Of a stretch of DNA of 64,000 nucleotides, positions 1-9,049 are shown piece by piece. Below the pieces are notes generated by a model. That model did no database searches. It was not told where the DNA came from and saw only the letters and a program-made list of their open reading frames with translations. The stretch's first letter is position 1, and every line of letters begins with the position of its first letter. The stretch comes from Bacteroidota bacterium (GTDB lineage Bacteria > Bacteroidota > Bacteroidia > JACPRZ01). The stretch lies in the NCBI GenBank assembly GCA_016193485.1, contig JACPRZ010000012.1, positions 33,109 through 97,108 of the forward strand. Direction: 5' to 3'. Both the position numbers and the translations under genes were made by a program.

Positions 1-1156
1 ATAGTGAATCGGGATAATCGCTGGAACAAAATTTCATACTATTATACGCTGACTTTTCAACTAATTCAAGCAGCAAGCCATTATTTGAAAGTGGATATGC
101 ATACCACCCAGAAACAAAGTCAGTGATGTCAATATCTGGATAATCCTGATCCGGATAATCAGATTGTTCCAGATAAACAGCATTTGAATATGTATATGAT
201 GGTAGGTTATTCCATGTTACCGTATTTTCATTCCATGAAGTAATGACCTTTGACAATAAACAAGCATTGTTACCCGCTTGTCCGGCAGAAGTTGATATAG
301 GGTTATAAAAAAGGGATAGTTTAGCTTCAACTATTACCACATCGGCTGGTAATGAAGATAAATCAAATTGCATTAGGGAATAACCCAATCCTTCAACGCT
401 TGAAAAAGTCCAGTCATAAGAAATGAAATCTTCATGAGTTCCATAATTTACATCCGGATTTAATTCGTTTATAAATGCATCTTTTCCGGTAACAGGACCG
501 GGTTGAAAAATACTACAGGTATCAACATTTGATACTTCATAGTAAGTAATAACTAATTTTGGCCATTTCAATGAGTCAGGATAATCGCTTGAACAGAATT
601 TTAAACTATTATATGGCGATTTATCAATCAATTCCAACAGTAAACCGTAATTGGTTAAAGGTGCTGCATACCAGTCCGTGACGATATCAATAATATCAAT
701 TCCTAAATAATCCTGGTCACTTGAAGAGGATTTTTCAAGGTAAATTGCCCCTGAATATGTTGAAGATGGCATTGAATTCCATGTTACCGCATTTTCAGTC
801 CATGAAGAAGCAACTTTTTTCAATAAACAGGCGTTGTTACCAGTTTGTCCTCCGGAAGTTGAAGTGGGATTATAAAAAAGGGAAAGTTTTGCTTCAGTAA
901 TTACCACACCTGCAGGTAATGAAGATAAGTCAAATTGAAGTAAAGAATAACCCAATCCTTCAACGCTTGAAAAAGTCCAATCGTAAGAGATGAAATCTTC
1001 GTGTGTTGCATAATTAACATTTGGACTTAATGCATTTATAAATGCATCCTTTCCGGTTGCAGGACCCGGTTGAATGGTTAAAGTTTGTTGAGAGAAAGAA
1101 TAAAAATAATAAGAAGAAAAAAGTGCTGCAAAAAAAAGAAAGAAAAGGTTTTTCAT
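1..1156 (-). CDS. Secreted protein, partial (3' end beyond window start), with two tandem ~190-aa repeated beta-sandwich-like domains (possibly DNRLRE/CBM-like)
   Basis: Minus-strand frame open from the window edge to ATG at ~1156..1154. N-terminus MKNLFFLFFAALFSS is signal-peptide-like. Two ~570-bp DNA copies (about 170-560 and 740-1100) encode near-identical segments (TGKDAFIN..NYxTHEDFISYDWTFSSVEGLGYSL.QFDLSSLP). Not in the ORF track because it has no in-window stop. Confidence 0.6.
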   Translation of the reverse strand, partial: MKNLFFLFFAALFSSYYFYSFSQQTLTIQPGPATGKDAFINALSPNVNYATHEDFISYDWTFSSVEGLGYSLLQFDLSSLPAGVVITEAKLSLFYNPTSTSGGQTGNNACLLKKVASSWTENAVTWNSMPSSTYSGAIYLEKSSSSDQDYLGIDIIDIVTDWYAAPLTNYGLLLELIDKSPYNSLKFCSSDYPDSLKWPKLVITYYEVSNVDTCSIFQPGPVTGKDAFINELNPDVNYGTHEDFISYDWTFSSVEGLGYSLMQFDLSSLPADVVIVEAKLSLFYNPISTSAGQAGNNACLLSKVITSWNENTVTWNNLPSYTYSNAVYLEQSDYPDQDYPDIDITDFVSGWYAYPLSNNGLLLELVEKSAYNSMKFCSSDYPDSL

Positions 1157-1196
1157 AAAATAAATAGTTAAGGGGTAAAAAATACAAAAAAAACCC

Positions 1197-2588
1197 TCAT
1201 AACACCCTCACTAATTCCTCAAGGCGCATGGCGCGTGAACCTTTAAGTAAAATTACAGTGTGGTCAAGGGGTTTCTTCCTGAAATAGGCGATAACTTCCG
1301 CTGTAGTAGCGAACAGAACAAGCCGGTTATCTTTTATTTCGCTTTCTGCCATGGCCGATTGAAAAATTTTACCTGTAAGATAAATCTTCCGGAAACCGGA
1401 TTGGAGACATAATTTTATTATTTTGATATGCTCATCTATTTCATATTCCCCCAACTCCCTCATCTCTCCCAATATGGCTGTCTTATTGGTCATGCCTCTC
1501 TTCTGGAATGAAAAAAAACTCTCAAGCATTGATTTCATGCTGTCGGGGTTTGCATTGTATGCGTCAAGTATCAGCGTGTTTTTTCTTTTTGTTTTCCTTA
1601 TTTCTGAACGGTTATCATCCGGAATAAAGGACTCAACCGCTTCCCTTATCTGTTCCGGCTGAATACCGAAATATTTACCGATACATATTGCCGCAAGAAT
1701 ATTTTGGAAATTATGTTTCCCGAAAAAATGAGTTGTGATTCCGATCCCCGTATATTTTAGTTTGACAAATGGAAAATTATCTGCAAATTCAGCAATGCAA
1801 AAAATATTTTTTTTATACCAATACTTTGATTTAGGAAATTTGCCTGAACCGTCAACCGCATGTATATCCCGGCTAAATTCATTTTTATCAGGTTTCTTCG
1901 GGATAAAACCATAGGTTATTTTATCCATACCTTTCGCCATATCGTTCAGAACGGGATCGTAATAGTCGATAAAAATTTTTCCACTTTTTTTGCGGATGAA
2001 TTCATATAAAGCCCCCTTTTCGGTTTTTACTCCTTCATGTCCCCCAAGTAAACCTGCATGAGCCGTGCCGATATTGGTTATGAGTCCGTAGTTTGGTTCT
2101 GCAATTTTACAGAGTTTGCGTATTTCGCCCTGATGATTGGTTCCCATTTCAATAACGGCAATCTCATGTCTTTTTTTCAGGGATAAAAGGGTAAGCGGCA
2201 CACCAATATGATTGTTCAGGTTACCACGCGTGCTTAGTGTCCGGAATTGTTTTGATAATACCCGTGCCGCAAGTTCTTTGGTCGTTGTTTTTCCGTTTGA
2301 ACCGGTAATGGCGATTACAGGGATATTAAATCTCCTTCGGTGAAACCGGGCAAGTTCCTGGAGAGTGTGAAGAGCGTTTTCGACAAGGATATAACGGTCA
2401 TCTTTTTTACAGAGTGGGTTGTCAATTACGGCATAGGTGCATCCTTTTTCAAGCGCACCGGATGCAAATTGATTACCGTCCTGTTTATCTCTGAGTGCAA
2501 AAAAAATGTCGCCTCCCTTCACGACCCTTGAATCAGTAGTTACGCCAGTTGATTTGAGAAAAAGATCGTAAAGTTCAATTATGTTCAT
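1197..2588 (-). CDS. murF: UDP-N-acetylmuramoyl-tripeptide--D-alanyl-D-alanine ligase
   Basis: 463-aa ORF with Mur ligase architecture and the GSNGKTTTKE P-loop. Overall similarity to the MurF family. Confidence 0.9.
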   Translation of the reverse strand: MNIIELYDLFLKSTGVTTDSRVVKGGDIFFALRDKQDGNQFASGALEKGCTYAVIDNPLCKKDDRYILVENALHTLQELARFHRRRFNIPVIAITGSNGKTTTKELAARVLSKQFRTLSTRGNLNNHIGVPLTLLSLKKRHEIAVIEMGTNHQGEIRKLCKIAEPNYGLITNIGTAHAGLLGGHEGVKTEKGALYEFIRKKSGKIFIDYYDPVLNDMAKGMDKITYGFIPKKPDKNEFSRDIHAVDGSGKFPKSKYWYKKNIFCIAEFADNFPFVKLKYTGIGITTHFFGKHNFQNILAAICIGKYFGIQPEQIREAVESFIPDDNRSEIRKTKRKNTLILDAYNANPDSMKSMLESFFSFQKRGMTNKTAILGEMRELGEYEIDEHIKIIKLCLQSGFRKIYLTGKIFQSAMAESEIKDNRLVLFATTAEVIAYFRKKPLDHTVILLKGSRAMRLEELVRVL

Positions 2589-2613
2589 TGTCTTAATTCG
2601 TTCACCGGTTCCA

Positions 2614-2657
2614 AAAATAAAAAATCCCCATCCGCAACGGGCGAATGGGGATTTTTC
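2614..2657 (-). terminator. Rho-independent terminator-like hairpin (aatccccat..atggggatt) flanked by A/T runs on both sides; likely terminates gldJ
   Basis: 9-bp perfect stem with ~13-nt loop followed by a T-run when read on the minus strand. Located 15-60 bp downstream of the gldJ stop. Confidence 0.55.
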
Positions 2658-2671
2658 GGCATATGCTTATT

Positions 2672-4159
2672 TTACTTTGACAATCCGGTCGGGCTTCCTA
2701 CCCGCGCCATAGCGCACCTGAATCCAATCCATGCCGTCTCCTGGTCTTCATCAAGGAACCGCCTGGTGCCGGGACCCATCCAGTAAGCCCTGTCCTTCCA
2801 TGAGCCGCCTTTATATACCCTTGACCTGTTATCGATCATGGAAGTAATGCTGGCCGCTTCACCTTTGTTCTGGTACATCATTTTTGATTGCACATCCAGT
2901 TCGTTTGTGGTATCGGCAGGACTCATAAAATCGACAGTTGACATCTGGTCACCGTCAAGGAAATTTATATTGTCGGCTTTTTTATAGTTGCGCCTGTCGA
3001 GATTTTCTTCTTCGGTAACATCCCTCCATCGTATCCGGCCGAGAGAGTCCTTTTCGGCAATGGCTCCTTCCTCATCACGTACCTGGGTCTGGTAAACATT
3101 TCCTCTGAAAGGCCGGAATCCGCTTTGATCTTCAAAACTCAAAGGCCTGTAAATATCCATCACCCATTCACTCACATTGCCGGCCATATTGTAAAGGCCG
3201 TAATCGTTAGGCCAGTAAGCGAAAATAGGAGCCGTAACATCGGCATTATCGTTCAGCCGTCCCGCCACACCCATCATATCTCCCCTGCCGCGTTGGAAAT
3301 TAGCCATCATATTACCCATGTATTTTGGATCAGGATTCCTTACAAAGTGTCCATTCCATGGAAAAATCCTTCGTTCCACTACCCTTTCAAAAAAAGTGTT
3401 TCCAATCAGCCCAAGTGCGGAAAATTCCCACTCTGCTTCGGTAGGCAGCCGGTATCTCGGCAGGAGAATCCCGTCTTCCATCCTTACTTTACGGGTATCC
3501 TTATTGGGATCAAGATCAGGAAGATCCTGTATCAATGCTCCTTCATACTGCCCCGACAGATAAGCATCGGTCTGGTAGTTGTCATCGGCTGTCTGGTTCG
3601 GATTAACTGCCAGAATGCCTTCCCGGATCAGAATAAATTCATTCACCCTGTCGGTGCGCCATACACAAAAGTCCCTCGCCTGTATCCAGTTAACACCTAC
3701 AACAGGATAGTATGCATAAGCAGGGTGGCGGAGATAGTGTTCAACATAGGGTTCATTCCATGCCAGTTTGGTTCTCCAGACAAGGGTATCGGGCAATGCT
3801 TTTTTATAAACTTCGGGATAATCGGTACCGTAAACACGGCTGAGCCAGTAGAGATATTCCCGGTAGTGCAGGTTTGCAACTTCGGTTTCATCCATATAAA
3901 AGGAAGAGACGGTAACCTGCCGCGGTATATTCGCCCAATCATAGGTGACATCCTGTTCAACTCGTCCCATCATAAAGGTACCGCCTTCAATCAGCACAAG
4001 TCCCGGACCGGTTTCCTGCTCTTCATAAGGAGTGACCTCGAAACCGCCATTGGCTTCATTATTATATTCCCAGCCGGTGGTCTGCGAAACTTCCTTGCCA
4101 CAGGAAAATAAGAGCACTCCGGCAAGAACCGGAAGATAAGCGCGAAAATTATTCTTCAT
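2672..4159 (-). CDS. gldJ: Gliding motility lipoprotein GldJ (SUMF1/FGE-domain protein)
   Basis: ORF 2672..4225. Probable start at the internal MKNNFRAYLPVLAGVLLFSCGK (lipoprotein signal plus Cys), 4159 by codon arithmetic. Formylglycine-generating-enzyme-like domain throughout (LIEGGTFMMGR, NVSEWV). Confidence 0.8.
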   Translation of the reverse strand: MKNNFRAYLPVLAGVLLFSCGKEVSQTTGWEYNNEANGGFEVTPYEEQETGPGLVLIEGGTFMMGRVEQDVTYDWANIPRQVTVSSFYMDETEVANLHYREYLYWLSRVYGTDYPEVYKKALPDTLVWRTKLAWNEPYVEHYLRHPAYAYYPVVGVNWIQARDFCVWRTDRVNEFILIREGILAVNPNQTADDNYQTDAYLSGQYEGALIQDLPDLDPNKDTRKVRMEDGILLPRYRLPTEAEWEFSALGLIGNTFFERVVERRIFPWNGHFVRNPDPKYMGNMMANFQRGRGDMMGVAGRLNDNADVTAPIFAYWPNDYGLYNMAGNVSEWVMDIYRPLSFEDQSGFRPFRGNVYQTQVRDEEGAIAEKDSLGRIRWRDVTEEENLDRRNYKKADNINFLDGDQMSTVDFMSPADTTNELDVQSKMMYQNKGEAASITSMIDNRSRVYKGGSWKDRAYWMGPGTRRFLDEDQETAWIGFRCAMARVGSPTGLSK

Positions 4160-4330
4160 CTGTATAAAATTTAATTCGGACAGTGTTAAACGGATTATTT
4201 TAAAAAAGGTTACAAAGTTCCGCACATAAGTTTTAATTTACATAACTTAGCTCACATGAATACCGAATAAATTATGTGCGGTGCAAAGGTAACCATATTT
4301 CCCCACAGGTTGCCATCGGCCGGTTGCACA

Positions 4331-5296
4331 TCAGAACGAAGGGCAGCTTATCGGCCTGAATTTCCGTGTTTTGGGTTTACATTCAAACTGTATCTGGAAC
4401 GATATTTCATGTGAGCCGGAAGTGGCGTTAGCAAGTTTTGAGAGGGTCACATCATAACTGTAGCCGATTTTTACCATTTCATATTGGAATCCCAGGAGGG
4501 CGATAAACGAATCGGATGTCTTTTGCGCCTGCCGGAACCACACCCCGCCCACTATTGGACCGCGTGAGACGTATAACCCAAGGAGTGTTTGCCAGAAATC
4601 CTGTTGCCTCTTGAAAAGGATATTGGGTGAAATTTTTGTTTCGCCCGATTCATCAATGGGAAAAACCCCTCCGAAGTGGCCGGTCATTTTTAATGGTAAG
4701 CGGTAGGTTGTACTTGTCACAAATCCCTCATAGGGTTGGGTAATGTGATGTGCGGCAAAACCACCGAATAATGTTTTACTGAAGCCGAGGATACCGGCAG
4801 AAAAGTCAACAGAACCCCTTGAATCAATCCCCTTTGTTTCTTTCGTATCATAAATAAATCCGTATCTCTTATCTATCATATCGCCAAAAGTGAGTTTATT
4901 CCAGTCGAGTGTTTTATAAATATAGGATGCCTGTAATGCCGCCTGGATTGAAAATGCGCGGCTCACATTTAACCGGTAGGAATAAATTCCACCCAGGTAT
5001 GTAGTGTTAATGGTTCCTTCACCGGCATTATCATGAGTTACAATTAAACCAAGTCCACCAGATAATACGTCTACATACTGGTCGAATGAACCGTTATAGG
5101 TCACGAATGTACCTGATATTGCAGGCCATTCATCGCGCCAATTGACGATCATCCGCGGGCAACGCGGGGTTCCCGTAAAAGCAGGATTCAGATAGAGCGG
5201 GTTGGCGTAAAACTGGGTGAATTGCGGATCCTGCCCGAATGAATTCAAAGCAGGCATCGCCATTATAGCGGTAATGAAACAGAGTTTGCTATTCAT
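4331..5296 (-). CDS. PorP/SprF family type IX secretion system membrane protein
   Basis: N-terminal signature QDPQFTQFYANPLYLNPAFTG is typical of PorP/SprF. Start taken at the internal MNSKLCFITAIMAMPALNSFGQ (signal peptide). Confidence 0.8.
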   Translation of the reverse strand: MNSKLCFITAIMAMPALNSFGQDPQFTQFYANPLYLNPAFTGTPRCPRMIVNWRDEWPAISGTFVTYNGSFDQYVDVLSGGLGLIVTHDNAGEGTINTTYLGGIYSYRLNVSRAFSIQAALQASYIYKTLDWNKLTFGDMIDKRYGFIYDTKETKGIDSRGSVDFSAGILGFSKTLFGGFAAHHITQPYEGFVTSTTYRLPLKMTGHFGGVFPIDESGETKISPNILFKRQQDFWQTLLGLYVSRGPIVGGVWFRQAQKTSDSFIALLGFQYEMVKIGYSYDVTLSKLANATSGSHEISFQIQFECKPKTRKFRPISCPSF

Positions 5297-5428
5297 AAGA
5301 ACGGAATTTTTGGGTTTCGTGCTTACGTTAATTGAAAATAAAGATTTCAAATTTTCAGTAAATATACGAAATATTTCCTAATGCACAACCGGATGTAAGT
5401 TTTTTCGTTATTTTGTGCCTTCTTTACC

Positions 5429-7267
5429 ATGTGCGGAATTATCGGATATATAGGACCAAGGCAGGCATATCCTGTCCTGCTTAAAGGATTGAAGCGGCTT
5501 GAATACAGGGGTTACGACAGTGCCGGAATTGCGGTATTGGACAGGGAACTCAGGATATTCAAATGCAGGGGAAAGGTGTCGGATCTTGAGAACCACATAA
5601 ATGGTGTGCCGGTGACGGGCACCATTGGCATAGGTCATACGCGGTGGGCCACTCATGGTGAACCCAATGATGTTAACGCCCATCCTCATTTTTCAGGATC
5701 AGGAAATATTGCTATTATTCATAACGGCATTTTTGAAAATTATAATTCACTGAAAAAGGAACTTCTGAAGCGCAATCATTCTTTTACAAGCGATACCGAC
5801 ACTGAAGTTCTTGCCCATCTTATTGAAGATATACGCCAGCATGAAAAAACCGATCTTTTTGAAGCGGTAAGAATAGCCCTTAATGAAATCATTGGCGCTT
5901 ATGCTATCGTGGTTTTGTCAAAAGACCATCCGGATACCCTTATCGCGGCAAAAAAAAGCAGCCCTCTTGTAATAGGTATAGGCAAGGATGAATTTTTCCT
6001 GGCATCCGATCCAACTCCGATCGTTGAATATACCCGCAATGTGGTTTACCTCGAAGATGATGAAATTGCCATTCTGCAGCGGAACCAGGAAATTAAAATC
6101 AGGACCATAAAGAACCGGGAAAAAACCCCGTACATTCAGGAACTTGAACTTAACCTTGAATTGCTTGAAAAAGGGGGGTTCCAGCACTTCATGCTCAAGG
6201 AGATTTATGAGCAGCCGCGCTCCATACGCGACAGCATGAGAGGGCGCATTGACGCATCAAAAGGAATTGTATCACTGGGCGGTATCAAGGAATATGAACG
6301 GAAACTGATTAATGCAAAGCGCATCATTATTGCCGCATGCGGGACATCATGGCATGCCGGGTTGGTTGGAGAGTACCTTTTTGAAGACCTTGCCCGGATA
6401 CCTGTTGAAGTTGAATATGCTTCCGAATTCCGCTACCGTAATCCGGTGCTTTCCGAGACCGACATTGTAATTGCCATTTCACAATCAGGTGAAACGGCCG
6501 ATACGCTTGCCGCGGTGGAACTGGCAAAAGCAAAAGGCGCCACTATTATCGGTATATGCAACGTAGTCGGATCTTCAATTGCCCGCGCAACGAATGCCGG
6601 TTCCTATACTCATGCCGGACCTGAAATTGGCGTAGCATCTACAAAAGCATTTACCGCCCAGATCACGGTGCTGACTTTGATGGCATTGCTGGCTGCAAAT
6701 AAGCGGGGCACTCTTCCGCAATCTAGATTCAGACAATTGCTTGTTGAACTTGAATCAATACCCGATAAGGTAAATGAAGTTCTGGGAACCGACAAACAGG
6801 TGAAAAAAATCGCCCGGATTTTTCAAAATACAAAAAATTTTCTCTACCTGGGCAGAGGGTACAACTTCCCGGTGGCTCTTGAAGGAGCGCTCAAACTGAA
6901 AGAAATTTCATACATTCATGCAGAAGGTTATCCGGCAGCAGAAATGAAGCATGGTCCGATTGCACTTATTGATGATGAAATGCCTGTGGTTTTTATTGCC
7001 ACTAAGAAGGGTGCGTATGAAAAAATTATCAGCAACATTGAAGAGGTTAAGGCGCGGAAAGGTAAAGTAATATCCATTATTACGGCAGGAGATACCGATG
7101 TAAAAAAACTATCCGATTATAGTATTGAGATACCCGATGTGGATGAAGCCCTCGTGCCGATATTATCTGTCATCCCGCTTCAACTTCTTTCATACCATAT
7201 TGCCGTGATGAGGGGCTGCGATGTTGATCAGCCGAGGAATCTTGCCAAGAGCGTTACGGTGGAATGA
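5429..7267 (+). CDS. glmS: Glutamine--fructose-6-phosphate aminotransferase (isomerising)
   Basis: 612 aa starting MCGIIGYIG (Ntn Cys2 amidotransferase), followed by two SIS domains. Confidence 0.95.
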   Translation: MCGIIGYIGPRQAYPVLLKGLKRLEYRGYDSAGIAVLDRELRIFKCRGKVSDLENHINGVPVTGTIGIGHTRWATHGEPNDVNAHPHFSGSGNIAIIHNGIFENYNSLKKELLKRNHSFTSDTDTEVLAHLIEDIRQHEKTDLFEAVRIALNEIIGAYAIVVLSKDHPDTLIAAKKSSPLVIGIGKDEFFLASDPTPIVEYTRNVVYLEDDEIAILQRNQEIKIRTIKNREKTPYIQELELNLELLEKGGFQHFMLKEIYEQPRSIRDSMRGRIDASKGIVSLGGIKEYERKLINAKRIIIAACGTSWHAGLVGEYLFEDLARIPVEVEYASEFRYRNPVLSETDIVIAISQSGETADTLAAVELAKAKGATIIGICNVVGSSIARATNAGSYTHAGPEIGVASTKAFTAQITVLTLMALLAANKRGTLPQSRFRQLLVELESIPDKVNEVLGTDKQVKKIARIFQNTKNFLYLGRGYNFPVALEGALKLKEISYIHAEGYPAAEMKHGPIALIDDEMPVVFIATKKGAYEKIISNIEEVKARKGKVISIITAGDTDVKKLSDYSIEIPDVDEALVPILSVIPLQLLSYHIAVMRGCDVDQPRNLAKSVTVE

Positions 7268-7283
7268 TAACCCGTGGGATCGC

Positions 7284-8279
7284 TTACCTATCATGTTCAT
7301 CCTCAATTTCCCCGAAAATCTCTTCCATAATATCTTCCATAGTTACAATCCCGCTAACTTCCCCCTGTTCTTTTTTTACGAGGGCAATGGATTTTCTCTC
7401 TCTTATGAGGGCAGTAAGCGCATCTTTGGCAGGCATATTTTCACCGAATTCCGGCAACGGCAGAAGCACCGATCTGACTGTTTCGGGATTCCGGAACATT
7501 TCATAAGAATGAATATAGCCGATAATATCGGATTGATTTTTTTCATATACAGGAATGCGCGAATATCCCGTATCGGTGAAGGTACCCAACAGATTTTCAA
7601 CCGGTTCATCGGCTTCAACAGAGGCAATACCGGTTACAGGGACCATGCACTTTTTTAACCTGACATCTGAAAATGCAAGTGCATTGTGAAGAATCCGCAC
7701 TTCGGAATCAATTTCTTTATCTTTTCTTTTTTCGAGGAATTCCTTTAAATAATGGTCAAGGTCAATTCTCCCGATTACGGGCTTTGCTTCCTCAAACTTC
7801 AGGTTCAGAAGCGATTTCAGAATAAACCGGCTCAGGAATAATATCGAATAAACCACCGGATAAAGAGCAATATATATCATGATTGCCGGAAATACGAGAG
7901 CGCTCAGTATCCGGTCAGGGTTAATCAGGAAAAGGGCTTTTGGAATAAATTCTGCCGCCAGGAGTACAAAAATTGTAGAGATAATGGTTTTTACAGTCAG
8001 AAGAACAAATGGTGAATCAAAGTAACTGCCGATGAAACCGTCCAGCAGTTCAGCCATTGCAATACCATAAGCGACAAGGGTGATATTATTGCCGACAAGA
8101 ACAGTGCCTATAAAATAAGAGGGGTTTCGGAAAAACAGCATTACGATTTTGGCTGAAATTCTTCCCTGCCTTGATTGCAGTTCAAAGCGAATTTTATTAG
8201 CGGACAGGTAGGCGATTTCAAGTCCGGAAAAAAATGCCGAAAATATCAGTGAGATAATTATGACAAGGGTAATTATCAT
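7284..8279 (-). CDS. CNNM/DUF21 transmembrane + tandem CBS domain protein (GldE/hemolysin-family-like, lacks CorC_HlyC C-terminal domain)
   Basis: N-terminal polytopic membrane region (MIITLVIIISLIFSAFFSGLEIAYLS) then CBS-pair region. Conserved neighbour of the LptC-like gene in Bacteroidota. Confidence 0.7.
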   Translation of the reverse strand: MIITLVIIISLIFSAFFSGLEIAYLSANKIRFELQSRQGRISAKIVMLFFRNPSYFIGTVLVGNNITLVAYGIAMAELLDGFIGSYFDSPFVLLTVKTIISTIFVLLAAEFIPKALFLINPDRILSALVFPAIMIYIALYPVVYSILFLSRFILKSLLNLKFEEAKPVIGRIDLDHYLKEFLEKRKDKEIDSEVRILHNALAFSDVRLKKCMVPVTGIASVEADEPVENLLGTFTDTGYSRIPVYEKNQSDIIGYIHSYEMFRNPETVRSVLLPLPEFGENMPAKDALTALIRERKSIALVKKEQGEVSGIVTMEDIMEEIFGEIEDEHDR

Positions 8280-8298
8280 TAAAAATGAGAATTAACTT

Positions 8299-8859
8299 TT
8301 ATTTAATGCCGTTATCCGGATCTTCCAACCGAATCGTGCCTTTAATATTTTTTACTTTGAACCTGGTGAAATCCTCATTCGCTTCCATGCCGTATCCCAT
8401 AATGATTTCATCGGCAGTGGTGATTTTTACAAATTCATTCGTGTAAATGATCTTTTTTGCTTCATCCCATAAAAGGTGTTCGGTATTGAGTTTCTCACCT
8501 TTGCGGTTGATAACAATAACATTACCTCTTACCTCCATCAGGTTTTTTTTCTCAAAGCGGATGGCATAATTAGCCGAAAGCCAGGAATCCACCGTCAGCC
8601 GGTCGTTGTAAAAAATCAGATGAACACCCTTGGGTAATTCATTATAAGGTTCTTCACCCGCAAAGCGTAATAATTCGGGTGCGGTAAGTTTAATGCGTAA
8701 GATCCCTGAATCGGTATAAAGAAATTCGACATCGGTTGCGGTTTCTGAAGGAAATTTTTGTTGTTCCGTTACCGCAGTAACCTTCTGCAGATCATTTTTA
8801 CAGGAGAATAATAATAAGACATTACAATAACAAAATAGGAGAGGAATATTCAGATACAT
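8299..8859 (-). CDS. LptC-family / GldD-like periplasmic lipoprotein
   Basis: 186 aa with lipoprotein signal (LLLFSC). Size and neighbourhood (TPR protein upstream, CBS/DUF21 protein downstream) match the Bacteroidota LptC/GldD locus. The family assignment is tentative. Confidence 0.5.
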   Translation of the reverse strand: MYLNIPLLFCYCNVLLLFSCKNDLQKVTAVTEQQKFPSETATDVEFLYTDSGILRIKLTAPELLRFAGEEPYNELPKGVHLIFYNDRLTVDSWLSANYAIRFEKKNLMEVRGNVIVINRKGEKLNTEHLLWDEAKKIIYTNEFVKITTADEIIMGYGMEANEDFTRFKVKNIKGTIRLEDPDNGIK

Positions 8860-8946
8860 CTGGCTTAAACAATGAATTGAAATTTAAGGGAATTTTTTTG
8901 TTACTATTCACCCCAAATTACAAATTATTATTGGTCATTGCAATTT

Positions 8947-9034
8947 AACTCTGTGTAACTCAGTGTACTCTGTGCTCTCTGTGTTGAAGAATTTTTAACA
9001 CAGAGTTCACTGAGATAACAGAGTTTCACAGAGG
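8947..9034. repeat. Large imperfect inverted repeat (~36-nt arms built from ctctgtg/cacagag words, ~13-nt loop) in the intergenic region
   Basis: Left arm ctctgtgtaactcagtgtactctgtgctctctgtgtt. Right arm aacacagagttcactgagataacagagtttcacagag. Sits between the TPR gene stop (9050) and the LptC-like gene start (8859). Confidence 0.6.
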
Positions 9035-9049
9035 GGGTTTTCCGGATGA

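Noticed and set aside
3125-4111. 328-aa + strand ORF (and several 60–130-aa ORFs) lying antisense inside gldJ, and similar antisense ORFs inside murF, glmS, the kinases, PBP2 and the SprB-repeat gene.
   Set aside because: They are fully embedded opposite long genes with strong family signatures. They have no start context and low-complexity translations, as expected for chance ORFs in GC-biased codon positions.
4226-4330. Whether mobile-element genes (integrase or transposase) occur anywhere in the window.
   Set aside because: No ORF showed DDE, tyrosine-recombinase (R..H..R..Y) or serine-recombinase signatures by eye. The accessory island therefore has no detectable mobility gene in this window.
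7284-8279. Calling the DUF21–CBS protein a haemolysin or Mg/Co efflux protein CorC.
   Set aside because: It lacks the CorC_HlyC C-terminal domain, and 'haemolysin' names for this family are historical. Only the domain-level description is supportable.
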